Positions 11,361 through 24,500 of a stretch of 64,000 nucleotides of DNA are shown piece by piece. The notes below the pieces were generated by a model, which saw nothing but the letters and a program-made list of their open reading frames with translations, was not told where the DNA came from and did not search any database. Every line of letters starts with the position of its first letter. Within the stretch, counting starts at the first letter, position 1. Origin of the DNA: Amphiscolops sp. MND2022. Lineage: Eukaryota. The stretch lies in assembly GCA_964187785.1 (NCBI GenBank), contig OZ076409.1, forward strand, positions 63,428,001 through 63,492,000. Direction: 5' to 3'. A program made the position numbers and the translations under genes.

Positions 11361-13113
11361 ACAAGCCTTTCAAGTAGCTATTAAGCATTTTCAGAATAAC
11401 GCTATAGTAGCCAATAATAACCACACTATAACAGCTGTGAGCTATGTATTATACCGTTAGAGAGTTTCCAACCGAAATGCATATCTTTCAACGTTCTTGC
11501 AAGAAAATTGTTTTCTTGCTTGATTTTTTAAAAGATCTAGACAAGAAAAATGCAATTCCTACAGAGAACTTGAAAAAAATTACAAGAATCCTGCAAGATT
11601 GCCGGTTTTTGACAACTAGGGGAGCATCATGACTGACAATTTAAAAACGCAATATATTGATTTTCATAGGTTTGGATAATATCTAAATCTATGAAGATTT
11701 TTTGACAAACTTTGTTCAACAATTTCAACGAAAGACTGCTTCGACTAGAAAATTAAGAAGATGTTTCGAAGTTTTTTCAAAGTGGTTAGCAAAAAGTTTC
11801 CGCATAGATTTGCGAACAGCAGCCATGTTTGATCCCGATTAATCAAAGTTTCACTCAAAGAGTTCTGGTAATTTTGCACTACTATTGAAATGTTTGGCAC
11901 CTGAGAAACCTAATCAGCAATCTAAGAAAGGAAGTTCAGTTCAACTTCAGCTTTTTTCTTTAAAAATTTGTTTTCCCGCCCAGCAAATCTACAAGTATCA
12001 TAGAATTCATGAGAAATACTTCAAACATGTGGTAGAGCAACGAACATTTGTAAATTTTACTTTCAAATTTGTTTGAAAACACTCGCAAAAAAATATTTTC
12101 ATTTTTGATGGAACTTAATAAGTAAACAGGCACTAGGAAAAAGGGAGCGTTCGTATCTCTGTTCTTCAAGGAATGCTTCAAATTATCTCAAACAATTGTT
12201 ACCTTAATCTTTCAATTTGAGCATAGCACAGCAATTTGAGCGCAGAATCCTTGTCGTTCATGTTGATTAAGTTCTCGAACGCATTTGTAAGATTTTTGCA
12301 AAGTAATATTTTCATGCAAGTCCGCTATAAATTGGGTTTCTAGCAGCTGCTTCTTCGCATTTCAGAAACTAGATGTCAAATTTGCGTGACAATTTTTTGT
12401 TCTTTTTTGGTTGATTACTGGGCCTAAATGTGTAGGTACACCAGTGTTTTGAAAAAAAGCTGAAGCCATTCCGCCGGAAGTTTTCTGTTTCCGAATTGAG
12501 ATTTACAAAAACACCAAAAATTAGCAATAAGATAATTTGGTCTAGCAAACGAACGTCAAATTTTTGTATCTTTTCGAATTAAACGATAATATCGTTTTCA
12601 GATGTTTCAACAATGAAAAATGCTCTGCATGCGACCTTTTGACGTTATTTCCGAATTATATTAGGTCTTGCGTGCAAGGGAAATACTCTTTGCTTTCAAA
12701 ATGGGTTTTTGGAACCCTGTGTTCTTGTATATAAGACCTAGTTTTCAGATCTGTATAGTTTTCTTACTTTAGAATCTTCCATTATTTATTTTGCGAAAAA
12801 TTGGACAGTTGGAAGGTGTTCAATTTTTTTCCTGAATGTGTCTTGTAAAACTATACGAATATTGTCGCAGTGCCACCGTGTCTCTTGTTGCATGTACAAC
12901 CAGCCGCCGTGACAACACTGAACAAGGCGATTCCATTGCAAGAAAAAAATGCTGAAAGATGAACATGCCATGCTAAATTCTTGTTTTTTTAAAGAATATT
13001 TTTTAGAATATTCGACATTTTTGAACTTTTTGAATGCAGGCATGCTACCTATAAATTTAAGTTAGGGTTTTCTGCTTTTAGTGTAGAATATTTATTTGCT
13101 ACTTATATTTAAC

Positions 13114-13346
13114 CTGATTGGTTAGCGTAGTTGCGTAACTTCTTGAAGTCTACCATGTAGGTGGCGATCCAGGTCATGGCGAAGGAGCCGAGGATGGTGA
13201 AGTAGGTGACGGGCTGGCCTGAGTCACTCATGGGGTAGAGGAACACCTTGGTGAGGAGGAAGGCCGATGAACAGACTGCACACAGAGCAGCCACCATCCA
13301 GTGGTTGCCACTCATCATCAGGTACACCAGCACCAGCACCGAGTCT
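13114..13346 (-). CDS. STARD3: STARD3 exon 4: MENTAL domain, second half
   Basis: DSVLVLVYLMMSGNHWMVAALCAVCSSAFLLTKVFL...SFAMTWIATYMVDFKKL matches the MENTAL pattern HWW.IA....SAFL..KV...SF.LAW.ETWFLDFK. Acceptor gtaccag|, donor CAG|GTTAAA. Confidence 0.9.
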
Positions 13347-13523
13347 CTGGTACATCATAAACAGGGATGCCGATCCAATAACCGAACCGTACATGCATCA
13401 TTTTGATATGGCTAGTTTGATATCCCGATATCCCCTAGTTGAGACAAAGTTCTCTCAAAAAATGCTTTCAACATCCTACAGAATTTCTTTGGTTGGGGTC
13501 TTCGAAATGGAGAGTTCTCCAAG

Positions 13524-14511
13524 CTGGGTTGGATGCATAAAACACCTATGTTTAATTGAAACATATGTTTAAAACGCATGTTTTAAACGATTAAAACAAA
13601 GGGTTTAAAAGATTCAAAACATTAAAGTCTCAAATCGCACATCGAGTTCAAAGGAGTAAATGTGATAAGTCACTTGATATTACCGCGCAAACATTGGATC
13701 ATCAGTTCTATCGCTCACATAGACGTGCAACGGCAATACGGGACAGGCACGCGCTTCATACTACATGTCATAAATTCTATTTTGTAAATGCTCTGCATTT
13801 TAGGGGGTGGAATGAATGAACGAATGTATTTAATTTTGGCCATTTTTCAGATAACATGAGTTCAGAAGGACGTCTTAGGGATCCTATTTGGGTACACTAC
13901 GACGAAGTTGAAAACAACAAAGCAAGGTGCCACGAATGCCCGCCACTTTTTCAGCCTTAGTAAAGCGAATGAAAGAGCACTGGATAAAGATGCATGATAA
14001 TGAGACAGAAAGTGACGCTCCAACTACACCAAAACAACCGAAAAATTCAAGTTTTGTGGTTTCAACATCAAAGAATGAAAAAGAGGAAATGGATAAATGT
14101 GTTGGGCGATTTTTCTTGGCAACTATGTTTAGGCTCTCTGCTCCAACCTGCGACCCGGGTATACGCCACCACAACGTAAAGTATTGGAGCTGGTATTTTG
14201 GACAAGATATACGATTTGGTAACAAGTGATGCCAAGAAGCTGAACGGAGAGCAAGAAAGTATCCGGTTTGGCCTCTGGAGGTTTGGAGCGTGTATTTTCC
14301 AGCATGGGATATGTTCATTCCAATATGCGCAATCGACTAGGACCGGAGAAAGTTGAAATTATTTGAGATGTCCTAATGACTAAATATGATTTTACTGCTT
14401 TTTCAATTTTTTAAGTAGAAAATATAACTCTTTGAAAACTTATGTTTCAATCAAACCGTTTTAAACATTCTCAACGTTTTTTTCTCACTTTTGTGTTTTA
14501 ACCCAACCCTT
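13524..14511 (+). mobile_element. Internally deleted hAT DNA transposon in STARD3 intron 3
   Basis: From ATG 13856, a BED finger (DPIWVHY...KARCHEC / frameshift / MKEHWIKMH). Near 14270-14360 a hAT dimerisation motif (SGGLERVFSSMGYVHSNMRNRLGPEK). Degenerate TIRs ctgggttgg..taaaacac / gtgtttta..ccaaccct. Confidence 0.85.
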
Positions 14512-15042
14512 TTTACAAGGAAGAAACACATGACTTCAAAAAATCTTGAAAAAAATCAGCTTAAATTTTGAAAATCTTTCAATATACGCATTCTGTGTCA
14601 TACTGCGTGTTATAGTGTTTACAAGTTAATAGACGTGTTGAATGGTTTGTATAGATTCGAGTAGTTAAATACACGAGTTGGCTGACTTGCTTCATTTTCC
14701 CTTTATCAATTATAAATGATGCACTTGCTTGTTGCACATCTGTAAGCACCCTCAAAACGTGCCGAAAAAAAGGGGTCGAATTTTCTTTTTAAAAATCTTT
14801 GGGTTGACTCGATTTCTCAGACTTGAGGTTGGCACACAAATATAGCAACTGAGAGCTAACGCAGGTCATAAGTTAACACAATTTTGGCGTAGGTTTTTGT
14901 TTGTAACAATGTTCACGTAGGTTCTCCAATCTTTCAAAAAATACATTCTGTACAAAGATCTAGCCAAGTCCTCAAAAATCATGCTAGCGAAGGTTCTTTC
15001 AAAGAATATTTTAACACTAAAAGGGTCTATGAAAGAACTTCG

Positions 15043-15500
15043 AACCAGAGCCGAAAGTGCGGTAAAGAAGTCGGAAACGAATGAATATGTTGGAATACAA
15101 ATTGAAATTGCATGGACAGCAAAGACAGTTTTTTAGAAAATCAAAAATGGTTGTTTTTGGTCCTTTTGGACTAAGTTTGACTATGTTTCTCAATTTTCAG
15201 TCATACATTTTTCATGTCATTGCACACATGAGACCCTAATATGGGGTTATTTGACTATAAAAATATCGTTCGAATCATGTGGACAGTTTTTGAGAAAATG
15301 GCAATTTTTTTCATCATTTTTGGACTAATTTGTCAAATCTCGGCCATGCCATTTCGTTGCCATTGCGCACACACGAGCACCATTGGATGAGGAATAAATG
15401 TGCTAATCATCATAAAATCGTATGAAAATATTTTGAGAACTTTGAAATTTTCATTGAAAGGTAGAAAAAAGGTACGACTGCATATGAACAGAAGTTTTTC
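15043..15500 (-). mobile_element. HINE family B copy (related to 42966-44133)
   Basis: Minus strand has atatgcagtcgtaccttttttctacctttcaatgaaaatttc at one end and ccgacttctttaccgcactttcggctctggtt at the other, matching the ends of the + copy. Confidence 0.7.
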
Positions 15501-16793
15501 CCAACTCCTACAACATTTCAATGTGAAATGAACGAAGATTCTTATAGCAATCGGCGGGAAAACTATAACGAGACGCCCGCTGACCAGCGAGACATTTTCC
15601 GCCGCAAAACGTTCTACAACGAGATCAATTTGAGGCTCATAAGCAGCCAATCCACTACGAAACTGCAAAAAAAACTTGTATCACGCCAGTAGTTTTCTGA
15701 AGTTTTTAAAACCAAATGTTTCAAATACTAAATACAAAATCAAAAAAGTCACAAAATGTCAAAAACATATATTTTTGGCATTTCGCGGTCGATTTCAGGC
15801 TTTTTCCTATAGAAGCCTGCAATTATGTCATCAAAAGACCTACTAGCTAACGAATTCAATCGTCTTTGAAAGTTTTCAATATTCTGAATTCAAAGCCTTT
15901 CAAAAACTACACATAAGTTGCATAAACGAAGATGTTGTAATATTCCGATTTTTCGAGTCTCATTTGGAGTCATTCTGCAGTGTTTTAGAAGCAAAGCGCT
16001 GAAACGCTCTCTTCAAAACGGCGTACTACACCTACCTAAAAATTTCTTTCTTGAAACTTTTGCACCTTCTAACCACTGAAATCGCTCGGAAATCCTACAG
16101 AAATTGCATGAAGAACGACATCAATTGGAAAATTTTAGAATTCTTGAAATTGTTTGAGTCATTATGAGGCATTTTTCTATTACAAACTGTCTTTTTTTCA
16201 TGACGGAAGCCTACTGGACAACGTTTTCTTCCCTTGTTGTACAGTTTAAAAATTTTAATCCACGAAGTGTATCGAAAATTTGAAAAAATTTGAATAACAA
16301 TTTTGAAAGTCGGAAAAAAGTGGATTTTTTTGTATTTTTCGGTGTCAATTCAAGGTATTTTTTAATTGAAAATTGGATTATTCTTTACACAAAGGAACGC
16401 CAGATAGCAATTTTTTCTCGTTGAACGTTTTCAGCATTTTAATCCACGAAGTCTATCGAAAGTTTAACAAAAATTGCATAAAATCTCTGAAACTTGGGAA
16501 ATTTTGGAATTTTGTCATTTTGGGGTCATTTTGGGTCATTCTGGGATCAGTTTGGTCATACCCAAAAAAATCCAAAATTCTCTACACATCGCACAAAGCT
16601 AAATTTTTGTGAGTTGAATCCTGTGGGTGACACTCTTCAGTTTGAATGTAAACATGGCATATTTTGTAAGAAAAAAAACCTTTGAATCAAATATTTTCTT
16701 TTCCCATATGGGAAAATGCCCACCGTATAACTATTATAATAAAAGGTGGTACTATTGCCATTCGAGCCTGTAGTTATAATTTTGTCTGCATCC

Positions 16794-17003
16794 CTGGTTA
16801 TTGACAACAAGACAACGTCGGCCATTGAAGTGGAGATCTTGTAGTGATTGATCTCGTATGAGAACATCTGAAGGAATGTCTGGTTCTTCTTCTTGATGCT
16901 CAGCATGATGGTCCACAGCAGGAACACCAACAGGAAGTCACACAGACAGAACAGACCGAATGTCCGTCTCGGAATCTTCTGATCGTTTGATGAGTCATAC
17001 GAA
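16794..17003 (-). CDS. STARD3: STARD3 exon 3: MENTAL domain, first half
   Basis: RRTFGLFCLCDFLLVFLLWTI...EINHYKISTSMADVVLLSITR matches MENTAL RRTFCLFVTFDLLFISLLWII...Y.F.TS.FD. Acceptor ccacag| (phase 2). The 3' boundary is non-canonical (see findings). Confidence 0.88.
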
Positions 17004-18359
17004 CTGTGGAGTACCAACCGCCAAGCATTTCATTCACTGACTTTTCAAATAACCTTTTAACGAACCTAGACTTAGTAACTCACTTGGCAAAAAACAAGGT
17101 TTCAGCAATGATATTCATTGTCTGAAAACATGTAAAACTTGAAAATAGTATATCAGAATAGTTCATTAATTTCGCTATCACTCATCAAATCATCTATGAT
17201 CACCTCTTTGTTTCATTTGGAAGCATATTATGAATAATTGTTTGATTCTCATTTTAAAAGAGAGCCTACCTCGGTATAAATTTTATCTACTTCAGGTTTT
17301 TTCCACAAAACTGCGTGGATCTTTTTAAAAATAATCGATTTTTGTATTCTTGTCCATTTAGAAGGTTGATATGGCCCTATATATTCCATGTATTACGAAT
17401 GTGCTAGAACTATCTGACCACAATAGTGGATGGATATATCGAAACTATATTTTGATCTTGAAAGTTTTTAAACAAAACATTCTTGTTTTTTTTCGGTTTT
17501 ATAAATCTTCAAAAATGGTTAATGTATGAATTGCCTGTTAAGGGGCTGTGAGGGTGAAATTTGCTGGGGGCGCTGAGGTTGACCCATGTAATGGGGAAGG
17601 TTGTTCATTACCCGGGTGCAAAACTTTTCAGGAGGCTTCCAAAGTAGGTTCAAACAGCTCACTTGTGATGAAAGATCTTGCGATTAAGTTATATCAATAT
17701 AACCAAAATTGTATTCATGAAGTATGAATATGAGAGAGTCGATTTCAATTTGGAAGTATAAGAATTCATTGTTGGCTATTGTGACGCCGTTTGAAATTAG
17801 AGGTACCGTCTTGTAATTTCAGCGTAAATTTCATCTTATGAGTTTTTCATTAGATAATTTAAAATCCGAGGTGGTATAAATTGACTTTTACTTCTAATGA
17901 GGTATAAATTTAGAATATTTAATGAGGAATATGAAAACGTCGGATTAGGCCGTGGAAATTTGGCCAACACTAGAGTATGAACATAAGATAAACCAGTTAG
18001 ACAGCTGATGAAACGCGTCTGTTTTGTTTAAAATAAAAATAACAAATAGACCAGACGGCAGTTGGAGAAAATTGAATCCTTGCTTCAGTAGTTATCCTTA
18101 TGTACTTTATTTATTTCCTTTCCTTGATTCAGTAAACGTGGGTACATTCTGTATGCAATGTATTTATGCAATCATAATTTTTCGTATGCACGGAGCGAAC
18201 TAAACAGCGACAGGAAGAGCCTTGTAAATAGGTGATTTATGCACCTACCAGTACATACAAGTATAGGAAGTCATATATATTTGTAGGTGCATGTTTTGTG
18301 TGGTTGTAAGTGTAAAATATGAGGGTGTATAAGTCACTGTATTCCAGCAAGGCAGTTAC

Positions 18360-18522
18360 CGGTTGGCGTAACAAAGAGAGGGAACGAAATAGGGAGGGGG
18401 GTAGTTAGAGCAAGGAAGCAAGTCTAAGTTAGTCGTCGACTGTCTACGATTGCGACTAACTGCTGCTTGAGAAATCTGAGAAGTCGAAAGAGTGGAAAGG
18501 TAACCGCCGCTTCGGATTGCTG
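18360..18522 (-). CDS. STARD3: STARD3 probable exon 2 (N-terminal, poorly conserved; 5' boundary uncertain)
   Basis: Donor CG|GTAACT at 18359 is phase 2 and matches exon 3. Polypyrimidine tract plus AAGCAG acceptor near 18522-18525. Confidence 0.55.
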
Positions 18523-18644
18523 CTTTGCCGAGGGAAAGAAGAAAATTGGGAAGATTGAATTGAACCTTTAGCCTGCCGAACAAGCAGCGAAATAGTAGTC
18601 GTTCGCGCGCAGGGAAAACTTTTGACTACTACTCAAGTTGGTTG

Positions 18645-18862
18645 CATGGTTCTAACTCCAAAAGACGTTGGTAACAATTATTGAGATTGGACCATCACAG
18701 CTTGACATGCATTGTTCGTTGGTTTGTTGGTAGACTCGAAAAATGAATTTTTGTAAATATAAAATACGACTACACTGTATAATCTAATATATTGTGCTAT
18801 GTTGTACAAAGGCCATATATAGAGCTTATACATGGAAGTATAAAAATACATGTAGAACCATG
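18645..18862. mobile_element. 218-bp MITE-like insertion with 10-bp TIRs, coinciding with the putative STARD3 intron 1 donor
   Basis: CATGGTTCTA (18645-18654) and TAGAACCATG (18853-18862). Flanks gttggttg / gttgcaag are a partial TSD-like match. Confidence 0.55.
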
Positions 18863-19024
18863 GTTGCAAGTAGAAACATTCGTGCTAAAATTATCCGCGG
18901 CTGTTCTCAATTTTTTGGTCTTTTCTTTTTCTTCAGTGTGTCCTATCGTAATTCTTTCCCTTTTGCCTTTTTCCGAGCTCACTTCGAGCAATTTTCCCGC
19001 GCTCGGTAACGACTTTCCCGCCAT
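18859..19024 (-). CDS. STARD3: STARD3 probable first coding exon (MAGKSLPSAGK...STCNH)
   Basis: ATG in gaaATGG context, hydrophilic ORF, donor CATG|GTTCTA (phase 1). No homology support. Confidence 0.4.
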
Positions 19025-20157
19025 TTCTACCAGGAGACAAAAGATTTGGGAATATATACACAAGGAAGGAAACAAGAAAATTAAGTGCTTGAATTTTCCA
19101 TATATTATTCCTACGCATTTTCATATGCCATTTCCCATCTACACATTGTCCTTTCAATAAACCAGAGACGAATTTTGTTGGTAAAATTGAAAAAAGGAGC
19201 GCACGTAACGCGGTAACCTATCATACGTCATAAAAAAGACCGCGGTCGGCACACTCTTTTATAACGAATTATATTTCAATAAAAGGGAGCTAAAATTCTT
19301 TTGTTGTCATTCTTACGCATGAAAGATTACAGCACCCTTTTTTGTTTTTCAACGCGCAGAGAAAAAGCTAATGGATTAACCCATGATTAATTATTATCAG
19401 CCCGTGCCTCTTTTGAGTTTACAGGAACTAAAAAAGGTTGATAAAAGAAATTGCGGAAGTGTAGTTTGGAAATGAACCCAATAACGGGTCAAAAATCATA
19501 ATTGCCTTTTTTCACAAAGGAAATGTCCAGGAATTGTTTTCTGAATAAATCCGTGATTTTAGCCGAAATTTTAAGCGGAATACTTCGACACTGGGACCCA
19601 AAATGCTCAGGGGATAATTAAAATATCACTCAAATTATCTTTTCCCGGACAAAATTGATGAGAATAACCTTTGCAAGGCATACATCTGAAAAAAACCAAC
19701 ACCTTTGACTAAATTACACAACGTGGAAAATTTACTGTAATTCTAGTTGCAGAATGGCGGAAATAATTCCTGCCAGTAGAATACTTTGCTTTGATGATTA
19801 GGAGCAGATAAATCCGACCTTCAATATTGAACAAGATTACTCAAACAAACTGGTAATTCATAGCACGTAAGTTATCCTTTACCTCAAAGCGAGGTTATTG
19901 AAGAAAAAACTTGTTACATTGCCTGTATGTTTCAACTTTCTTCTCAACTTCGTAAAAAACTTTGTTAAAAGAGATGATTTTGATTCACAAACAGATTCTG
20001 TAACTTTTTTGGCTCCTGTTTTACAACGAACTGAACGTATCCTTGAGAAGACAAAACTTGATGACGTATTCTTTTTAAATTTTTAGGTTCATTGCGGTTT
20101 TTCAATATTCTTATACAACTGTTTCAAAATCGGCCATGTTTAGTGGTTATAACTGTA

Positions 20158-20214
20158 AATTCGAACCTCCTCTTGTCTACTGTTTTATTGTGTAGACAAG
20201 AGGAGGTTCGAATT
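20158..20214. repeat. Perfect 23-bp inverted repeat with 11-nt loop
   Basis: aattcgaacctcctcttgtctac-tgttttattgt-gtagacaagaggaggttcgaatt. Confidence 0.95.
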
Positions 20215-20647
20215 GTGCTTAGTACCATTTTATGTTAGAAAATTAGATAAAACTCATGGAACTTTCAAAATAACATTCGCATTGTCAAGAAAATCGAACA
20301 CTGTGCTATTCTTCGTTTCTTTCTACAGCGTTTTGTAACTGGCAGTTCAAATTCATTCAGTGTTGATATGAATTCATTCAGTAAGGTTGGAAAAAAGTGA
20401 AAAATAGTTCGGGAATAACGAAACAAACTGAAATTTGAAAAAGTGAAGTTTTTTTCACATTAACAGATTATGAAGTAACATTCAGAAGAAATTATACGTA
20501 ATCAGCTTTGTCGATTTTCATACTGTGTATATTTTCACACGAGACAGAAAAAGTTTTTTCTGCAGTTAAATTTCTAATGGTGCATTTTCTGAACACTGCA
20601 GGAAGGATTATGTGCCATGCTTTTTAGTTTCAAGTGCTTGGAGACTA

Positions 20648-22429
20648 CCCAGGTTGACCGACAAATTCGGAAATGATGAGTCATACCATGTCATAGTATA
20701 GTCATGATGGAAAAGTATTGTCATACTATGATTATAGTATGGTCATATTATGAATAGCATGTCGATGACTATGATCATAGTATGATTGAACATGTTCAAA
20801 ATTTTCCAAAAACTCGATTATCACCAGCGGTTATTAATGGAAATCGGCGCGCATCCATGAATCATTTTATAAATGTTCTCTTTGAAACCGTTGTCTCTGT
20901 TCTGTTATATGGGTTACTTTATTGGCCCGGATAGCATTAAGGACGTTTTTGGGCACCGCGTTTCCTGAAGCCGCTGGGATAGGTAAGGTTTTCGGGATTT
21001 TTCGGGGTTATTTTTGGTAATTTTTCAATACAAGAAGTACATATGGTTTTATCAATTCAAGAAGTACATAATATGGTTGTATCAATTCAAGAAGTACATA
21101 TTATGGTCCTTAGATGCCATTCTTAGACGTTTTAGATCCATGATATCTGATTTAGACGTTATTCCCGTTTTGCATTTGGACGTTATTTAGACGTTATTTC
21201 CGTTTTGCATTTAGACATTATTCCCGTTTTGCATTTAGACAATTTTGATTTCTACATGTATTTTTGTCTCTCAGTTGTTTCATTTTTATAGAAACGTCAA
21301 TTCAATTCTATTCATTCAATACATTGAACTTTATGCGTTATTCCGAAACATTTTTAGACGTTATTCCGAAACATTTTCAGTCGTTATTATCGCCCATACT
21401 AAAACTCAAGGTCTCTATATAGGGAATGGGCATGACTTGGCTTTCCCGTTTTGCATCATCGTTGTTGCGGATATTTCCAGCATTTGTTTAAACCGAAACC
21501 TGGTTATTATGGTCTTGTTATATCCATAATTCATCGATTCTAGTGTATCTAAATACAAATCTGAATTGTTTTGATTGATTTCAAGCAGTTTTGGTTTTAT
21601 ACTTTCCAAGTTTTGAGACCCGAAGGAGGCCACGTTCTCGTCGTGGGTCTCGTCAAGTGTGATACTATGTATCTCACGAGCTGGGAGCCTCCCTAAAAAT
21701 ACAGCATAAGGACTTTGGCATGCAATTTCTGTGAACTATGTGCATAGGTAGCTGCCATGTTCGACATACTTACTGCAGAAAAGAGAGAGTTCTCTACTAC
21801 TAGAGAAAAGAGTCGACTATAGTCATGGCTTTTCGTCACTGTTTTTAAGACCACCTGAACTGACCAAAATAGTTCTACCAAAAGTTCTACAAAATTTCAA
21901 ATTTCACCTGTTGGCCAAGGGAACAGAACCAAAAAGTTTCCCGCATAACATACAATGCCGGACGAGACCAAAAGGTCCCCCCTTTCAGTTTTTTTGGCAT
22001 TGCGAGATTTTTTTTCGGAAAAAAATTTTCCCCAAAGGGTCCCCCTTCAATTTTCTTTGGGTTTTGCGACAGACTGGGTATAGAAAAATCCCAAAGGGTC
22101 CCCCCTTTCAATTTTTTTCGGCGTTGTGAGACATTTTTCAAAAAAATTTCTTAGTGCTGTTGAAGAGAATAGTTTGAAACTTTGACGTCCTTTTGCTATT
22201 TTTGAGCCTTGGATATGGCGCCGACTTGGGCCGGTCCAGACTTGTTTCTCTTGAAACATGGTTTTCATACTAGGTTCATGATATGAAACATGATGGTCAT
22301 TGTATGATCATACTATGAAACATGGTCGCCATGGTAAGATCTTGGCAAGATCATGATCATGGACTGACCATGATCATAGTATGATCATACTATGATCATA
22401 GCATGGTGAGTATGTTTGGTCAACCTGGG
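20648..22429. mobile_element. Non-autonomous TIR element with TA flanks and CATGAT-type subterminal micro-repeats, carrying nested repeats
   Basis: ta|CCCAGGTTGACC ... GGTCAACCTGGG|ta. catgat/atcata arrays at 20680-20795 and 22255-22410. Internal tandem repeats at 21025-21380 and a HINE-A copy. Confidence 0.7.
21801..22246. mobile_element. HINE family A copy (opposite orientation to 2091)
   Basis: Ends gagccttggatatggcgccgacttgggccggtccagacttgttt. Confidence 0.8.
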
Positions 22430-22679
22430 TATTCAGAAACCCTATGTGTGAAATCAAATAATAATAATACACTCATACAAAGTATTTTATTGATATGAGA
22501 CTGTGCCTAATAGTACTCCGATCTCAGTGATCGCAAGGAGAGTAGATATTCATTACCTCAAAAGAAAAAATGAAAAAAAATTGTTCTGACTTTTTATAAA
22601 AACAACTTTTGAACGTTGATTTTCTGGTTGGCAAATCTTCAGTTCTACGTAAGAATTGTATGATAAATGATGTCTTTAA

Positions 22680-22762
22680 ATAATCTCAAACAAACGCCGA
22701 GTGGATATTAGAGAGTATTTCAAATACTCTCTATAATCCACTTGGTGTTTGTTTGAAATTAT
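22680..22762. repeat. Imperfect 83-bp palindrome
   Basis: ataatctcaaacaaacgccgagtggatattagagagtattt-c-aaatactctctataatccacttggtgtttgtttgaaattat. Confidence 0.9.
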
Positions 22763-23175
22763 GTTGACAAATACTGTATTTGTCAACATGCAGAAGGGCT
22801 TCCGATGTCAGCAAAGATAAATGTCTACTGAAAACTGATAACATTGCAATTTACCATCAAACTTCACGAATTGATTATGGATGAACGATTGGTTATCAGT
22901 GACAAATCATGCAACCATAGCAGCTATGATTATATCCTAGACTCGAGACCTGATTAAGAAATCAATGATCCTGAGCTTTTCGGTTGAGCTATTCTTCCGG
23001 TGTAATAATTACTAATGAATCAAACAGCCTTAATTATTTGTAAAAATTCATGAAGAAGCCAAAACTTACCGAAACTGGCGTAAAAATTAGCACATTTGAA
23101 TTTTGAAATGTATGAAAGTTAAAACCACCAAAATAATTATGTAACTAATTAGGATCCATTAGCTAAAATTAGTTT

Positions 23176-23290
23176 AGGTCGAAATTGCGGACGGTTGAAA
23201 ATGCAATAGGTTGAAATTGTGAGCGGTTGAAATGGCAACGGTTGAAAGTGCATAGGTTGAAAGTGTATAGGACGAAATGTCATGTAACCC
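23176..23290. repeat. Degenerate tandem array with about 15-16 bp period (core GGTTGAAA)
   Basis: About seven ggttgaaa-like cores spaced 14-17 bp apart. Confidence 0.75.
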
Positions 23291-24500
23291 AAAATAACAC
23301 ATAGCTTTACATTTTCGCGCCCACTCTTGAAAGTGATAAGATGTTGTTTGTTTATTTTCGCCCATCTCGAAACTCTTGTTTGTCCTTGTCATCAAGAGTC
23401 CCAAAACAATAAACTTGTATTAGAAACACGAGCTTTCAGTTACTGCTCACGCTACTAGCTAAATTATCATTGATTTTGTTGCATTTGTTATAGAACTTGA
23501 AGTACAGTGTAGGGTGTTGAAAATTTATGGAACGGCATTCAAAACTGTTTCCCAGAATTAGCGTCGTTTCCAATTGGCTAATTTAGGGAATAGGACAAAC
23601 AAAAACTAATGAAATAGACAGCAAATATTAGCCTAGGCTGTGTTACCATCAGGCTATAAATGAAGTAGATATTTCTACTTTTCTTAAGAAATTTTCTTAA
23701 GAATGAAAATGCTGCCACGCGTAACCGCAAATTTTCAATCTTATCTATTCAAGAATTGGTACACGGAAACATTACTTAACTTGACTGTATAATTGCGAGT
23801 CTTGAATGTCCATTTGGAAAATTTATTCTTCCGTCTGATCAGTTCATCAAAGTTGATTGTTGTAATGCAAAATTTCAAAGTTCGACACTTGTGTTGTATT
23901 CCAACGAAAGGTGCTTTTGCACTGCGATTGTTTTTTGAACATTTTTCCGTATACCGTTACACCAAAATATTTCTGAGGGCGGGACCTTTCAGTAAGAAAA
24001 ACAGACTTTTGTTACCTGATATTATCTCAAATCCGAGTTTGTTTTTTTTCGAAAAATTTAATTTCGAAAAAAAATTCCATGTTCTTGCAGTAAACTCTCA
24101 TCAGTCCCTCAGAGTTCATCCTTAACCAAAAAGTCACCCTTAAGACTCAGAAAACGGTTTTCGTTAGCATAAAACCTCAAAAAAACAAAAACTATGAAAA
24201 ATTCAAAGATCAATTTTCCGGAAAAAATTGTGTGAAAATCATCTTTAATTAATCGCGCAGTGCTGAATGACTCTGTGGATGACTCTATGATCGCAAGACT
24301 CTTCGTTACGAGGAAGGAAAAAATTTTAAAAACTTTCCATGCTAAAACTAAGAAAACTGGATTGTTAAGAAAACTAAAAACAATAGAGGATAGCTTAGTT
24401 GGATGCATAGGCAATTGTATAATGTTAGCCGCAGTTAACAATTCATTTTCGTTCATTCGCGTTTATTTATTTTTTCTACAAGCTTTTGAAACGTTCTTTC

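Noticed and set aside
21025..21380. CRISPR-like array
   Set aside because: Contiguous degenerate tandem repeats without unique spacers, in eukaryotic context, with no cas genes.
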